Of a stretch of DNA of 64,000 nucleotides, positions 42,739-52,785 are shown piece by piece. How positions within the stretch are numbered: the first letter of the stretch is position 1; every line of letters begins with the position of its first letter. The position numbers and the translations under genes are program-made. The stretch lies in the sequence record PQ182779.1, one strand, 5' to 3'. The notes beneath the pieces are model-generated. The model did not search any database. It was not told the origin of the DNA and worked only from the letters and a program-made list of their open reading frames with translations.

Positions 42739-44475
42739 TCAATCCTCAAGTTCAATTCCCTTCGCCTTACAGAAGCGCTGAAGCATCTGTAATTGAGTAG
42801 GCGCTTTACAGAGCTTTGTCACAATTTCGACGGAGTTGACCCTCCCTGCACACAAGTTCAACCCTGCCCGTCTTTGTTCCTCGAAATCGACCCCAATGAT
42901 TTTACACATCGCTCGTTTCGTGGTTTCTTGCGACAGGTTCATCCATACCCCAGTAGAAGGATAGGAAGACTTAACGTCGATGTCCAATACCCACTTAACG
43001 ATCTTAGTGAATGTACCCGGGTGCTCTTTAAGGACTTTGTTCCCCATCTCTTCGTGAATAAGATGCGCTGCTAACGTAGAGATCCAACCATCGAGTGGAA
43101 CCAGATGCTTGTCGAGCTCTTTCTCCATCTTATCGGACGTACCCGTTAAGACGTACCCTTTCTCTAAGAGATCAAAGTAAAAGTCATCAGCAAGTTTACG
43201 ACCTTGAGAACCGTACGACTGTAGTTCACTGAATCCGCATTGAGCAGGAAACGTAGAACGTAAGTCTTCTGTTTTCTCGTCGAGGAGTTGGGCACCGATG
43301 TTATCGAACATGTTGTAAACGCAGTAGAAAACTTTTTCTTCGCGCTGCATGTGTTTGTGCCAGTCGATCCCGGTGGAACGAACGCCCTTATCGCCTTTCA
43401 ACTTACCAAAACCCAATTCCTTGTACAGAATGTCGCCTAAGGCATAAGAGGGTTCTTTGTTCAGGTGTTTACGAACAGCACGACGAACAGACATCTGGTC
43501 AACCCAGAAGAAGTGCCCTGGAGATTGAACACGGTGCCAACGGTCACATGGGTCTTTTGATTCCCCTACGCCGTTCGCGTCAAAGATCTTCGCTTCGCCT
43601 TCTTTGAGGTTAAAGAACTTAAACTCGTCAGGGATAGAAGGATCATTGAAAACGTACTCACGTGGGATATTCCTCCGGTCTAATGCCTGCATCATCTTTT
43701 TGGTATCGTAAGGCAGGTTCCAAATCGATAGCATATCAGGTTTTAAGACATTGTGGAGAATATTAAAGATCCATTGTACCGCATCAGCTTCGTCAGCGGC
43801 TTCGTAGATTTCGAGGTCAAAATGGTGATGAATCTTTTTATCTTTAAACTGCTTTATCTTCTGATCGACTTCGCGAAGGATAGGGACAACTTCCCTTTCG
43901 TAGCATTGTTTGACTTTCTCAACGAAATCAATACTCGTTCCGATATAGGCTTTAGTGATCGCCTGAAAGACACGGTCACCACAGGACACCGAGATCATGT
44001 TGATACTGTTCGTTCCGTCGACCACGTCAAATTCAATATCGAGATGCGCGACACGGTATAAACTTTTAAGGTGCGGGAATTTCGTCATGTACTGATGTTT
44101 GATCAGAACAGAACTAGTGATATCAGTACCAAAAAGATATGGGTTGCGATTGAGTGTTTTTACGCCGCCTCTACCAGTTTTTAATTTGCGTTGAATATCA
44201 GAGGCTAAGGATGATTGCGTGCACTCGTAACGGCGCAGATTATCAAGGCTTTCCCAAACACGTTTTTCTTTGTACTTACGTTGGCTCTCACGAGTAACGT
44301 AATAAGGACGTTTAAAGTCTTTGATAAAACGAAGATTAGGGACTTGTTCTTTATTTTTAAGATGAATAATTTCTTTAACGACTAATAGGTCGCTTCCAGG
44401 CGTATTGGCAGACTGAACAAAAAAGGAGTTTTTAAACTCATAACCTTCAATGTCATCGCGCTTAATATTTTTCAT
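42739..44475 (-). CDS. Split family-B DNA polymerase, exonuclease/palm-A subunit (phiKZ gp82-like)
   Basis: Exo I LDIEFD, Exo II WNLPYD, Exo III YNMFD, motif A LDIDVKSSYPS; motifs B and C absent, as expected for the split enzyme. Confidence 0.9.
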   Translation of the reverse strand: MKNIKRDDIEGYEFKNSFFVQSANTPGSDLLVVKEIIHLKNKEQVPNLRFIKDFKRPYYVTRESQRKYKEKRVWESLDNLRRYECTQSSLASDIQRKLKTGRGGVKTLNRNPYLFGTDITSSVLIKHQYMTKFPHLKSLYRVAHLDIEFDVVDGTNSINMISVSCGDRVFQAITKAYIGTSIDFVEKVKQCYEREVVPILREVDQKIKQFKDKKIHHHFDLEIYEAADEADAVQWIFNILHNVLKPDMLSIWNLPYDTKKMMQALDRRNIPREYVFNDPSIPDEFKFFNLKEGEAKIFDANGVGESKDPCDRWHRVQSPGHFFWVDQMSVRRAVRKHLNKEPSYALGDILYKELGFGKLKGDKGVRSTGIDWHKHMQREEKVFYCVYNMFDNIGAQLLDEKTEDLRSTFPAQCGFSELQSYGSQGRKLADDFYFDLLEKGYVLTGTSDKMEKELDKHLVPLDGWISTLAAHLIHEEMGNKVLKEHPGTFTKIVKWVLDIDVKSSYPSTGVWMNLSQETTKRAMCKIIGVDFEEQRRAGLNLCAGRVNSVEIVTKLCKAPTQLQMLQRFCKAKGIELED

Positions 44476-44601
44476 AACGGGCTGGTTCCTGAGTCAAACT
44501 TTCAAGGTCTACAGGAATAGATAGCGTCTTCTTTTTGGAGCGTGTCGCTTTCTTGTGTAACCCTTCCTTTATGGTAGCGCTTTCCCCTGAGGAGCCACGA
44601 A

Positions 44602-45906
44602 ATGTTAGATGAAAAAATTACCCGACTCTCACTGCCTGCATTTGAGTCAATTGACTTTCAGGGTTATGACCCTGTTTGTAAGAAATTGGTTATCGCGTTT
44701 GAAGAATTCAGAGAGCGCTTTAATGAAAAGGACGTTAGCGAAAAAGAAATGAATGCGTTCTCTAAAATTATAGAGAAAATTCTTCGCGACAGATTTAAGT
44801 TAAAGGCCCTTGAATTTAAAGTATTCCCACAGACTTTTATCAATGCTTTTGCGCTCCCGCCGGACATCACCAAAAATAGCCCGATGGTGAAAACGTACGG
44901 TGATTGGTTACAAAAAGCGGAAGACGGTAAAAAGGTTTTTAAGGATGGAGTCTCGAGCGCGGTGGCATCAGTGAATCGCTCTAATGCTACGGTTAGTGGA
45001 TTTTTCCAAGAAACCCCGTGTACGGTAGGTATCACGTTGGGCATGGCCAGAAGTAAAGAATTCACTAATGAAGAAGTCGTCGCTGCCTTACTTCATGAAG
45101 TTGGTCATATTTTCTCCTATCTGGAAACGCTATCGTTTACATTCAGCACCTGTTACATTTTGATAGACACAGTTAACAGACTCGAAAAAACAAATAAAGT
45201 CGAGGAGAAAATTAAGATTTTCAAAGACCTTGAAACAAACACAAACATTAAAGTCAGTAACCAAGACTTTATAGCAGAGTGCGAAGACAATGACACTGTA
45301 GCGATGTCAATCTTCTCTGATATTTACAACGAAAGTAAATCTGAATTTGGTTCCAGTATCTACGATATGCGTTCATGGGAATCTCTTTCTGATCAGTTCT
45401 CGTCAAGAATGGGGATGACCGTCCAACTGGCCACTGCCCTTGATAAATTGATGCGGTACAGCCATGACATTTCCTACGAGTCAAATTTCCACTTATGGAC
45501 AGGTAACATACTCAGATGGGTTATTAGTGTCGCCGCAATACTTGTTCACCCTGCGTTCAGTATCTTCATTTTCATTGAACTGCTTTCACTGTTATTTAAC
45601 CCATTTAAACGCGTATATGATCGCCCCGGTGAACGTTTAGAACGGCTCCGCCAAGAGATAGTTCAGCAAATGAAACTTAAAGACATTTTACCTGAACAAC
45701 GAATAATTCTAAATAAAAACCTCGAAACGATTACCAGTCTCATCAAAGGGACCAGCGACAAAGAAGATTATTCCGAAAAACTCTGGTTGTTCTTCTCGAG
45801 TAAGTCACGCGACCAAAAAGAAAAACGTATCTTACTGCAAGATCTCCAAGCCGTGGCGAATAACAATCTCTTCGCTGCTGCGAATTTACTCAACACGTTG
45901 AAATAA
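44602..45906 (+). CDS. Virion structural protein with zincin HExxH motif (phiKZ gp83/84-like)
   Basis: ALLHEVGH plus downstream ESLSDQFSSRMG; N-terminal AFE site; first gene of the head cluster. Confidence 0.7.
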   Translation: MLDEKITRLSLPAFESIDFQGYDPVCKKLVIAFEEFRERFNEKDVSEKEMNAFSKIIEKILRDRFKLKALEFKVFPQTFINAFALPPDITKNSPMVKTYGDWLQKAEDGKKVFKDGVSSAVASVNRSNATVSGFFQETPCTVGITLGMARSKEFTNEEVVAALLHEVGHIFSYLETLSFTFSTCYILIDTVNRLEKTNKVEEKIKIFKDLETNTNIKVSNQDFIAECEDNDTVAMSIFSDIYNESKSEFGSSIYDMRSWESLSDQFSSRMGMTVQLATALDKLMRYSHDISYESNFHLWTGNILRWVISVAAILVHPAFSIFIFIELLSLLFNPFKRVYDRPGERLERLRQEIVQQMKLKDILPEQRIILNKNLETITSLIKGTSDKEDYSEKLWLFFSSKSRDQKEKRILLQDLQAVANNNLFAAANLLNTLK

Positions 45907-45912
45907 GGATTA

Positions 45913-46374
45913 ATGATGAATCGTCAATTCGTCCAAGACATCGTTGAACCGCTGACTAAAGTGGTCGGTGTCGACAAAGTCAGACTTTCTCTGGCGCTGG
46001 CTATCGGTTTGGGGTACGCCTTACCTTTACCTAATGCCGCCGTTGAAAACCCGGCAGTTTGGTACCAGGAACAATACCGTTGGAAGGTCACCCAGTTTGT
46101 TTCTGAATTTAACGAACGTTTCCTGGTGGATATTAATCTGGTACAGGCCGGCGTTCACGAAGTGTGGTTAGGGCGCTACCGTGCCTGTCATGTCCATACC
46201 CAAGCCGAGGTGGAAGCGGTATTGACCGGTAATACGCCTGCTGCGGTATTCCTGGCGCAATACGCAGGTGACGGGATGGACTACTCGGTTGTTGCAAATG
46301 CCGCCTTCTTATTGAAGGACAAGATCACCCCGGTTATTCTCGATATGTCGCGTCCGGGAGCGGCAGTGAAATAA
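45913..46374 (+). CDS. Virion structural protein (phiKZ gp85-like)
   Basis: 153 aa; synteny. Confidence 0.55.
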   Translation: MMNRQFVQDIVEPLTKVVGVDKVRLSLALAIGLGYALPLPNAAVENPAVWYQEQYRWKVTQFVSEFNERFLVDINLVQAGVHEVWLGRYRACHVHTQAEVEAVLTGNTPAAVFLAQYAGDGMDYSVVANAAFLLKDKITPVILDMSRPGAAVK

Positions 46375-46386
46375 GGGTTTAAAAAG

Positions 46387-47406
46387 ATGACCATCACTAC
46401 GTTGGAATATCAGCGCCCGCATTTCCCTCCTGGTCTTCGTTGTCGAATCGCGGAGATGGTCAGTGATAAATCTACGGATACTGAAGCGCAATCGAGCGCT
46501 TCAGTGCTCGATGTCTTTTTACCGAAGATACATTACGTAGATGAGGGACTTGCGTTATTCTTTAGCGCCAAGAAAGCACTCGATAATCTTATCGAACAGA
46601 ATACCTTAATCAATGATTGTCTGGTGTACATGCGAACGGTTCGCCCGCATACGCCGATTGATGACCCGGGTTTAAAAGTTGCGATTCAGGCACTCAATGC
46701 GAAACGCACTGGGTTCACTGATCAATTTTATCGTAACGGTGTTTTGGTTGAAGAGTATTTTTCGGCCGTTAAAACGATCTACATGGATCTCCCTGACCTT
46801 ATTCAAGGAACACGAAGTTTTTCTTCCGGGGTAATCCATCCGTTACTCGATAACGACCCAGAACTCATTGCGGAAACCTTCTCGAATTTAGAGAAATGCC
46901 GCGACCAGAATTATCACAAACATTTTGATTTACATTGCCGTCAGTTACGTAACCGTGACGTCAGCGAATCGCTTCTCCCTACTATCGAAGAAAACTTCAT
47001 CCCAACCTCAGGTAACGAAGTCTGTTGGCCAAACAGTTATTTGACCAATGACCCTATTCAGAACCTCAGAGAGTTTATCCCGGAAGTTATTCGAGAAGGC
47101 GTAGATGAAGTTAAATCCCAGGTTTTGGCGCTTCGTTTCAATATTGTAAAAAACACGCTAATTAAAACTTTACTGGCCGAAGCGAAAACACCGTTACTCC
47201 AAGCTTGGACACGGACAGCCGAACAGATTCGTCTTTTAATGTTCCTTTTGGATACGCACCTTTCTGTCCAAGAGAGCGCTTTAACGATCCAGCGTCAATA
47301 TCTAAAATTACAATTAGACGCAGAGAAAGATACCGCTCTCAAAGCCGTCATTATGATTAAGTTGAAACCCATTTTAAGCGAGAATCAAGACAATGGAAAC
47401 GAATAA
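46387..47406 (+). CDS. Probable virion protein
   Basis: 339 aa; TLE motif near N-terminus; structural cluster. Confidence 0.55.
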   Translation: MTITTLEYQRPHFPPGLRCRIAEMVSDKSTDTEAQSSASVLDVFLPKIHYVDEGLALFFSAKKALDNLIEQNTLINDCLVYMRTVRPHTPIDDPGLKVAIQALNAKRTGFTDQFYRNGVLVEEYFSAVKTIYMDLPDLIQGTRSFSSGVIHPLLDNDPELIAETFSNLEKCRDQNYHKHFDLHCRQLRNRDVSESLLPTIEENFIPTSGNEVCWPNSYLTNDPIQNLREFIPEVIREGVDEVKSQVLALRFNIVKNTLIKTLLAEAKTPLLQAWTRTAEQIRLLMFLLDTHLSVQESALTIQRQYLKLQLDAEKDTALKAVIMIKLKPILSENQDNGNE

Positions 47407-48628
47407 TCAAATTGTGAAGCCGGTACCCGGCGTATTCACGTTTGTCGGTGAGGACGGTAAAAATCTCCGCGATATCGTCATGGAGTTAAATAACCAGTGG
47501 TCATTTTACATGGTGAAACGTGTGGGTGACGATGCGCAACTTGAGGCACTGGAAGAGACACTCGAAGACGTGGAGAAGAACGGTGTTGATCGTGCCAGTA
47601 TGGCGGCAGTGGAAGCTCTGAATATTCTCCCCTTCCCCGATCATTACCCGACTAACTCCTATACCCTGAAGCGTTCCAAAACACAACAGAACGTCGCCTG
47701 TGAAGAGATCATTAAACAGATCGGTCATTCCATTTTAAGCATGATCAAACGGGCGTTAAAATGGGTGGGTGAGAAAATCAAAGCCTTTGGTGAATTTTTT
47801 AACAAGGCAATCGGGAAGGTCAAACGGGAAGAGACTGATGCGTTTCTGAAAAAGGTTGACGAACTGGGCTTCCAATTTAAGATGCGCAGCAAAGAAGAAA
47901 TCGTTAACGACGAAAAGCTTTCCCCTATCGCTGCTGCCATCAACGATAACTACAGCCAATATAGCGCCAGGGCGATCACGGATACAAACTTGCACAAAGC
48001 ACTCGGTGCCTTTATTAGACATCCGGGTAAAATCGTTGACTATCTCGAGACGAACGTGGACCGCCTTGAAGCGTTAGTGAAGGCTGCAGTAACTGGGAAG
48101 TGGGACGAGGGTCACGAGATCACTTCCGCAGAGAGCACCGGGTTTAAGTCAACGGATCTCGAGAAGATCTTTAAGTTGTTGAACGCAGATGGCGACAGCA
48201 CACTGGAAAAAATCAAAAGTGGTTATCAAACATTGGCCGATCTTAAAGAAGTCTCCGTCAATAATGATATTGCTTTTGACAGCACTAAGATCGCCGACCT
48301 TTGTAAACATGCGTACGATAACTTAAAAGTCGAAACCTCCCCGTTACTGTTCAGCGATGCCGATGGCGATCGAATCATTGCAGTTTCAAAACGGGTACAT
48401 GCTTCATTGTCAGCGACCGAGAAGTTAGTTGAGCAGTCGAAGTATAACGACCGTGATAAAACCGTTGTTCAGCAGATCCGTCACGTCAGTGAACATGTCC
48501 ATGAATGTTTGACCATTCTGCAATTTGTGACGGACGTCTCACTGGACTTTTACGATGACAACCGCCGCTGGTTGAAACGGCTTTACATCTACATGGTTAG
48601 TGCACAACCCGAATCTACCGATGCGTGA
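47393..48628 (+). CDS. Inner-head paralog-family protein
   Basis: AVE/ACE sites followed by the amphipathic helix IIKQIGHSILSMIKRALKWVGEKIK typical of this family. Confidence 0.65.
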   Translation: METNNQIVKPVPGVFTFVGEDGKNLRDIVMELNNQWSFYMVKRVGDDAQLEALEETLEDVEKNGVDRASMAAVEALNILPFPDHYPTNSYTLKRSKTQQNVACEEIIKQIGHSILSMIKRALKWVGEKIKAFGEFFNKAIGKVKREETDAFLKKVDELGFQFKMRSKEEIVNDEKLSPIAAAINDNYSQYSARAITDTNLHKALGAFIRHPGKIVDYLETNVDRLEALVKAAVTGKWDEGHEITSAESTGFKSTDLEKIFKLLNADGDSTLEKIKSGYQTLADLKEVSVNNDIAFDSTKIADLCKHAYDNLKVETSPLLFSDADGDRIIAVSKRVHASLSATEKLVEQSKYNDRDKTVVQQIRHVSEHVHECLTILQFVTDVSLDFYDDNRRWLKRLYIYMVSAQPESTDA

Positions 48629-48632
48629 TAAA

Positions 48633-48665
48633 TAGACTGAGAGGCGAATGCCTCTCAGTCTATGC
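48633..48665. terminator. Bidirectional terminator between convergent genes
   Basis: TAGACTGAGAGGC-GAAT-GCCTCTCAGTCTA. Confidence 0.75.
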
Positions 48666-48668
48666 GCT

Positions 48669-51575
48669 TTAGCTACTTACCGTATGGTTTTTAAACAAAA
48701 ACTCAATGTTTTCTTTCACGGCGTATTTACCGTCCTCGGTGTATTCAATCACCCGATCAATGGTAGGTTGAACCGATGCGTCAGAAAGCGTGAAGGTGGT
48801 CATCTCCGTCCCTTGTGCGTACATGTTGATATCAAAGCCGACTACGTTCTCATCGAGCTGTGGTTTCAACAACGTAACCAGTGTTGAGACAGAAACGGTT
48901 TCGTTTCGGATACCATCGTTAAGAATATTCGCGGTCAACGTCTGCAACGCAGCCCGATAGTCCATATCACGATACGCCGTCCCAGTTAAATAGAACTTCA
49001 CGGAAAAGGTCAGTGACGAGTCAATGACTTTCTCCACCCCATCATCAACGACAACCGAAATTGGACCGAAGCCGCGTTTCGGGTAGAGGTAGATATTGGT
49101 TTTCTCCAGGACTGCGTTTCCTAATTCCGCTAATTTCTCGAGTTGCGTATTAGCCAGATTATTTGCTGTCCATTTCAAATCTGTCAAATCCGTATCCTGA
49201 GAGACGTAGGCGTAGTTACCGTCAAAGATCAAGAGATCGATGAGACGAAGCACTGGTCTTGCGGATACGGGAACCGGATTACCACCACTGTCTAAAACAG
49301 GGTCGCCCGCCTTATGTAAGACAATTGGGTTACCCGAACTATCCACTTTTTGATCCCCTGCTTTGTGAGCATAAGAGATCACTGGTTGACCATTTTCAAT
49401 GACAAAGACCGGGACACCGTTTGCATCGTATTCCGGGATGTCTGCGGTGTAATAATCGTAGACGTCACTTGCGTAGGTCTGATATACGTAAGAACCGGCT
49501 ACGTTACGCGCACCGTGCCAGAGTCGCTCTAACGCTGTACCGAATTTCAGCGTAACAAACTCTTGCGAGATCCCTTTCGTGTCGTCAGGGAGTAAAAACT
49601 CACCGAGCAATCCGTCGATCGCCGAATACTGATAACCGTCGTCAACATCACCGCTGACCGCATGTAATAACATAAACTCCGTTTCTAACGGTAATGCCAG
49701 TTTACGCGGTTCTTCCTCAAAGATACTGAAGTTGGTGATAATGAGATTGTTGTCGCTGTCCAGATCGAAGTTGGTTTTAAAGTCAAACGCCCAGACTGCC
49801 GTTTTCCCGGTAATCCCCATAAAGGTTCCGTTCAGATAAGCATAAGCGTTTTCCCCGGCAGGGATAAAGGCCAACTGAACATGACGGTTACTTGCCTCGA
49901 TGTTTAAGTAACTCTGTCCCACTGTGCAAGCAATGGTCAGTCGGTAGCCTGTCGTCGTACGGGTGATGTTGAAACCGGTTGTACTGACATCAATCAGCAG
50001 CGTGGCGTTGTCACGGATAAAACGGCGTTTGGTTTGTTCCGGGTTTTGCAGGTAATACGGTCGTAATGAGAACGCATTCGAACTCGTATCTAATACGTAA
50101 TGGAACGGAGTAAACGCGTAGTTCGCTTGGTTGATTCCGTTGACAAACGTTTCCGGGGTTTTATACAGTACTTCCGGTCGCATGTTATTATCGACCAGTG
50201 ATAACACCCCGTTCGTTAACGAGAAGAGCACTTCCGGCGATAACGTAATACGATCACCGTTATCGTAAACACCCTGGACTTTCGTTAACTTTTCAATACT
50301 GGTTTGAAGCGTCGTCATCGCTGCGGGAATCCCTGCATTGAGAATTGATTCCGGTGCAGTAGGCATATTCGTGGTCGCCAGATAAAGACGATCAACAATG
50401 TCATCTCTGGATTTGACAATATCAAACCCTAACAAATTCAAGCGCGCAGAAATTTGTGCCGGAGTAATAGGGGTATTATCCACACTATTGGAAACGTTAA
50501 AAATACTTCTTTCACGAAGTTCCTCAAACGTCAGACCGTCTGATCCCCCAGTGATCGCTTCTGTCGACGTCCACGCATAAGGGAGGTTAGGGATACTCGA
50601 TGAGTAGTTGTCGAGATCAGGAATCTCGGCGTCTTTCCCCCAGGTGATCTGAAACTTCTCGGTTGCGAAGTTGGTCAGGTCTTCGTAGATCTCGCCTTGC
50701 GTGGTATAAACGTCGATGCGAAGGTTACCGGAGACTAAGCCCGCTGTGTAATAGATAGGCGGAATCGTAACGTTAAGAACCCCGTCGCCTACTTGCAAAA
50801 CCGCCGTGGGAGATGATGCGTCGTAAACCTGAAGAGAGTGCGTAGTGCCAAGTTCTTTCCAATTTCCGCTTGTTCCCTGGAAAACACGGGCGTAGTAATA
50901 TTTGTCAGTGAACGGTACCGCGAAACGAGAGTTACCGTCGGAGATCTGTTCGATGATACTGTTCCTGGCCAACTGGAACATGGGGATTTCAATCTGCAAA
51001 TAAGTTGCTTGATCGCTCGTGGCGTCTTTTAAGAACTGCCAGTTCAGAACGTTATCGGTCAAAGTTTGAATCGGACTGGTCTCGTCGGTGTTGAACACCA
51101 CCTGTAAACCGTCATGCGGAAGCTGTCGAATCTCAATCGGGTAGAGAAGCGTTAACGGATAATCACCGCCTGGTCTGACTTCGGTGTAACGCGGAATCAC
51201 CACGCGTTTCAGGTTGGTGTCAGGAACCTCAATCATGCTGGCGATAATGTCATCGTAGCTCACAGTGTAGCGCATGGTGACTTTCCCCGGTGAACTAAAA
51301 CGGCCGAGGTAATCAACGTCAGAAAGATGGCCATAAAGGTCCATGTAGTTCTGCGCAAGTAAACGATAATGGCGACGGTCTAACGCAAAGTTTTCTTGGA
51401 TATGATAAGCTGCCATCGAACTGCTCGCTTCGAGCAAGTGAATGGCGGGCGCATTTACATCCACTAACGAGTCACCGTTCAATTTGCTCGTCAGGAATTC
51501 GATCCCTACACGCTGAAAGGATTCCGGGTTAATCGGTGCGCGCGCTAACGCCGCACTAACGTCGTAATCAGACAT
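48669..51575 (-). CDS. Baseplate wedge-like structural protein (phiKZ gp87-like)
   Basis: 968 aa, beta-rich; ITGGSDGLTFEELRER resembles baseplate-J/gp6 GG.D.E...LR.R motif. Confidence 0.75.
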   Translation of the reverse strand: MSDYDVSAALARAPINPESFQRVGIEFLTSKLNGDSLVDVNAPAIHLLEASSSMAAYHIQENFALDRRHYRLLAQNYMDLYGHLSDVDYLGRFSSPGKVTMRYTVSYDDIIASMIEVPDTNLKRVVIPRYTEVRPGGDYPLTLLYPIEIRQLPHDGLQVVFNTDETSPIQTLTDNVLNWQFLKDATSDQATYLQIEIPMFQLARNSIIEQISDGNSRFAVPFTDKYYYARVFQGTSGNWKELGTTHSLQVYDASSPTAVLQVGDGVLNVTIPPIYYTAGLVSGNLRIDVYTTQGEIYEDLTNFATEKFQITWGKDAEIPDLDNYSSSIPNLPYAWTSTEAITGGSDGLTFEELRERSIFNVSNSVDNTPITPAQISARLNLLGFDIVKSRDDIVDRLYLATTNMPTAPESILNAGIPAAMTTLQTSIEKLTKVQGVYDNGDRITLSPEVLFSLTNGVLSLVDNNMRPEVLYKTPETFVNGINQANYAFTPFHYVLDTSSNAFSLRPYYLQNPEQTKRRFIRDNATLLIDVSTTGFNITRTTTGYRLTIACTVGQSYLNIEASNRHVQLAFIPAGENAYAYLNGTFMGITGKTAVWAFDFKTNFDLDSDNNLIITNFSIFEEEPRKLALPLETEFMLLHAVSGDVDDGYQYSAIDGLLGEFLLPDDTKGISQEFVTLKFGTALERLWHGARNVAGSYVYQTYASDVYDYYTADIPEYDANGVPVFVIENGQPVISYAHKAGDQKVDSSGNPIVLHKAGDPVLDSGGNPVPVSARPVLRLIDLLIFDGNYAYVSQDTDLTDLKWTANNLANTQLEKLAELGNAVLEKTNIYLYPKRGFGPISVVVDDGVEKVIDSSLTFSVKFYLTGTAYRDMDYRAALQTLTANILNDGIRNETVSVSTLVTLLKPQLDENVVGFDINMYAQGTEMTTFTLSDASVQPTIDRVIEYTEDGKYAVKENIEFLFKNHTVSS

Positions 51576-52750
51576 TAATTGTCTCCTGATTTCGTGAGGT
51601 CAAGGGTATCCCAAACATTAGACTGATAACCGGTATAAGTGTCATCGGTGTCGTTAGGGAGTGCGTTATAGTCGTAGTTAGGAACAGCGTAATTGTTCGC
51701 CATGATTAAGTCGTAAATTGGTTTCTCGATAAACCAGCAGAGTTCTCGAGTATACGGATGAATGAGAGGGTAGCAATAATAGTTCAGGTATTCTCGTTGA
51801 TCAGGAGTGACACGATAATAGTTGTTACTCTTCACCGCGATGTTACTTTTGTTTAAACTGGTTTCATTGATGATACGCAGATCTGGGTTAAACATGGCCA
51901 CGACTTTATTAAATTGACGAATCAATAACGGGTCGTCATAAATCGCACCGTAAGCGTCAAACTGAATGGAAATCAGATCCGTACTGCGGTCGTAGTTATC
52001 GTCCGCATCAAAGTTCATGACACCGCCACGTGGGTTAGTGATAGGGAACGCATAACCGGTGGCCCCAATCTGTTGAACAAAACGGCGACCGGGGTCCAAT
52101 ATCAGACGATAAATACGTGTGGTGTAATCCATTCGATTACGGTAAATATTTCGGCTCCACGGTTTCATCTTTTTGGTGCGAATATTTTCCATATAGCGTT
52201 CCCAGACATCGAAGAGTCTGAGAACCGGGGAACCGTCAACGTTAGCGAATGAAGCTGTCAATTGATAGTTACCACGGATGTTGTAATAACCGTCCGCCAT
52301 CCCCCATTGTTCACCGGCAATCCCTTCATTACTGGTGTATTTACCAATGGCGTTGTCAGGGAAACCTGAAACGCTTTTTAAGGTATTCGTTAAAACGCAC
52401 ATGAAAGGGTTACGCGGATTGACCAGCTTACAACTGTAATCAAAGTTAGGATCGCTTGAGCCCACAGGGTCGAGGATCGCACGAATCGCACGCGGATACG
52501 TGATCTCGTCAGTGGAAATCAAATCGGTCAGCGTCCTATCTTGTGTAACGTTGTCCCTGTGTAAGTTCAGGTCTGGACGAGTAAAAAATGTGAGACCTAC
52601 CTGATCTCGTTGCGCCGGAACGACCTGTCCTCTTGCTCGATAATTTAACCCGAACAACATTTCATAGGCCGCAGCACGACGAGAACCCAGACCACCCGCA
52701 CGAAAAACGAGGTCCAGGTTGTCTTGCATGATTTGGTTATATGAAGCCAT
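51575..52750 (-). CDS. Tail-tube-fold baseplate protein (phiKZ gp88-like)
   Basis: 391 aa; coupled to the gp87-like gene; synteny. Confidence 0.65.
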   Translation of the reverse strand: MASYNQIMQDNLDLVFRAGGLGSRRAAAYEMLFGLNYRARGQVVPAQRDQVGLTFFTRPDLNLHRDNVTQDRTLTDLISTDEITYPRAIRAILDPVGSSDPNFDYSCKLVNPRNPFMCVLTNTLKSVSGFPDNAIGKYTSNEGIAGEQWGMADGYYNIRGNYQLTASFANVDGSPVLRLFDVWERYMENIRTKKMKPWSRNIYRNRMDYTTRIYRLILDPGRRFVQQIGATGYAFPITNPRGGVMNFDADDNYDRSTDLISIQFDAYGAIYDDPLLIRQFNKVVAMFNPDLRIINETSLNKSNIAVKSNNYYRVTPDQREYLNYYCYPLIHPYTRELCWFIEKPIYDLIMANNYAVPNYDYNALPNDTDDTYTGYQSNVWDTLDLTKSGDN

Positions 52751-52785
52751 TACTCCACTCCTTTATTTAACACAGAGGAAACTAG

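Noticed and set aside
42739-44475. DNA polymerase appearing truncated (pseudogene)
   Set aside because: Family-B polymerase is naturally split into two genes in phiKZ-like phages; this half has intact exonuclease and motif A residues.
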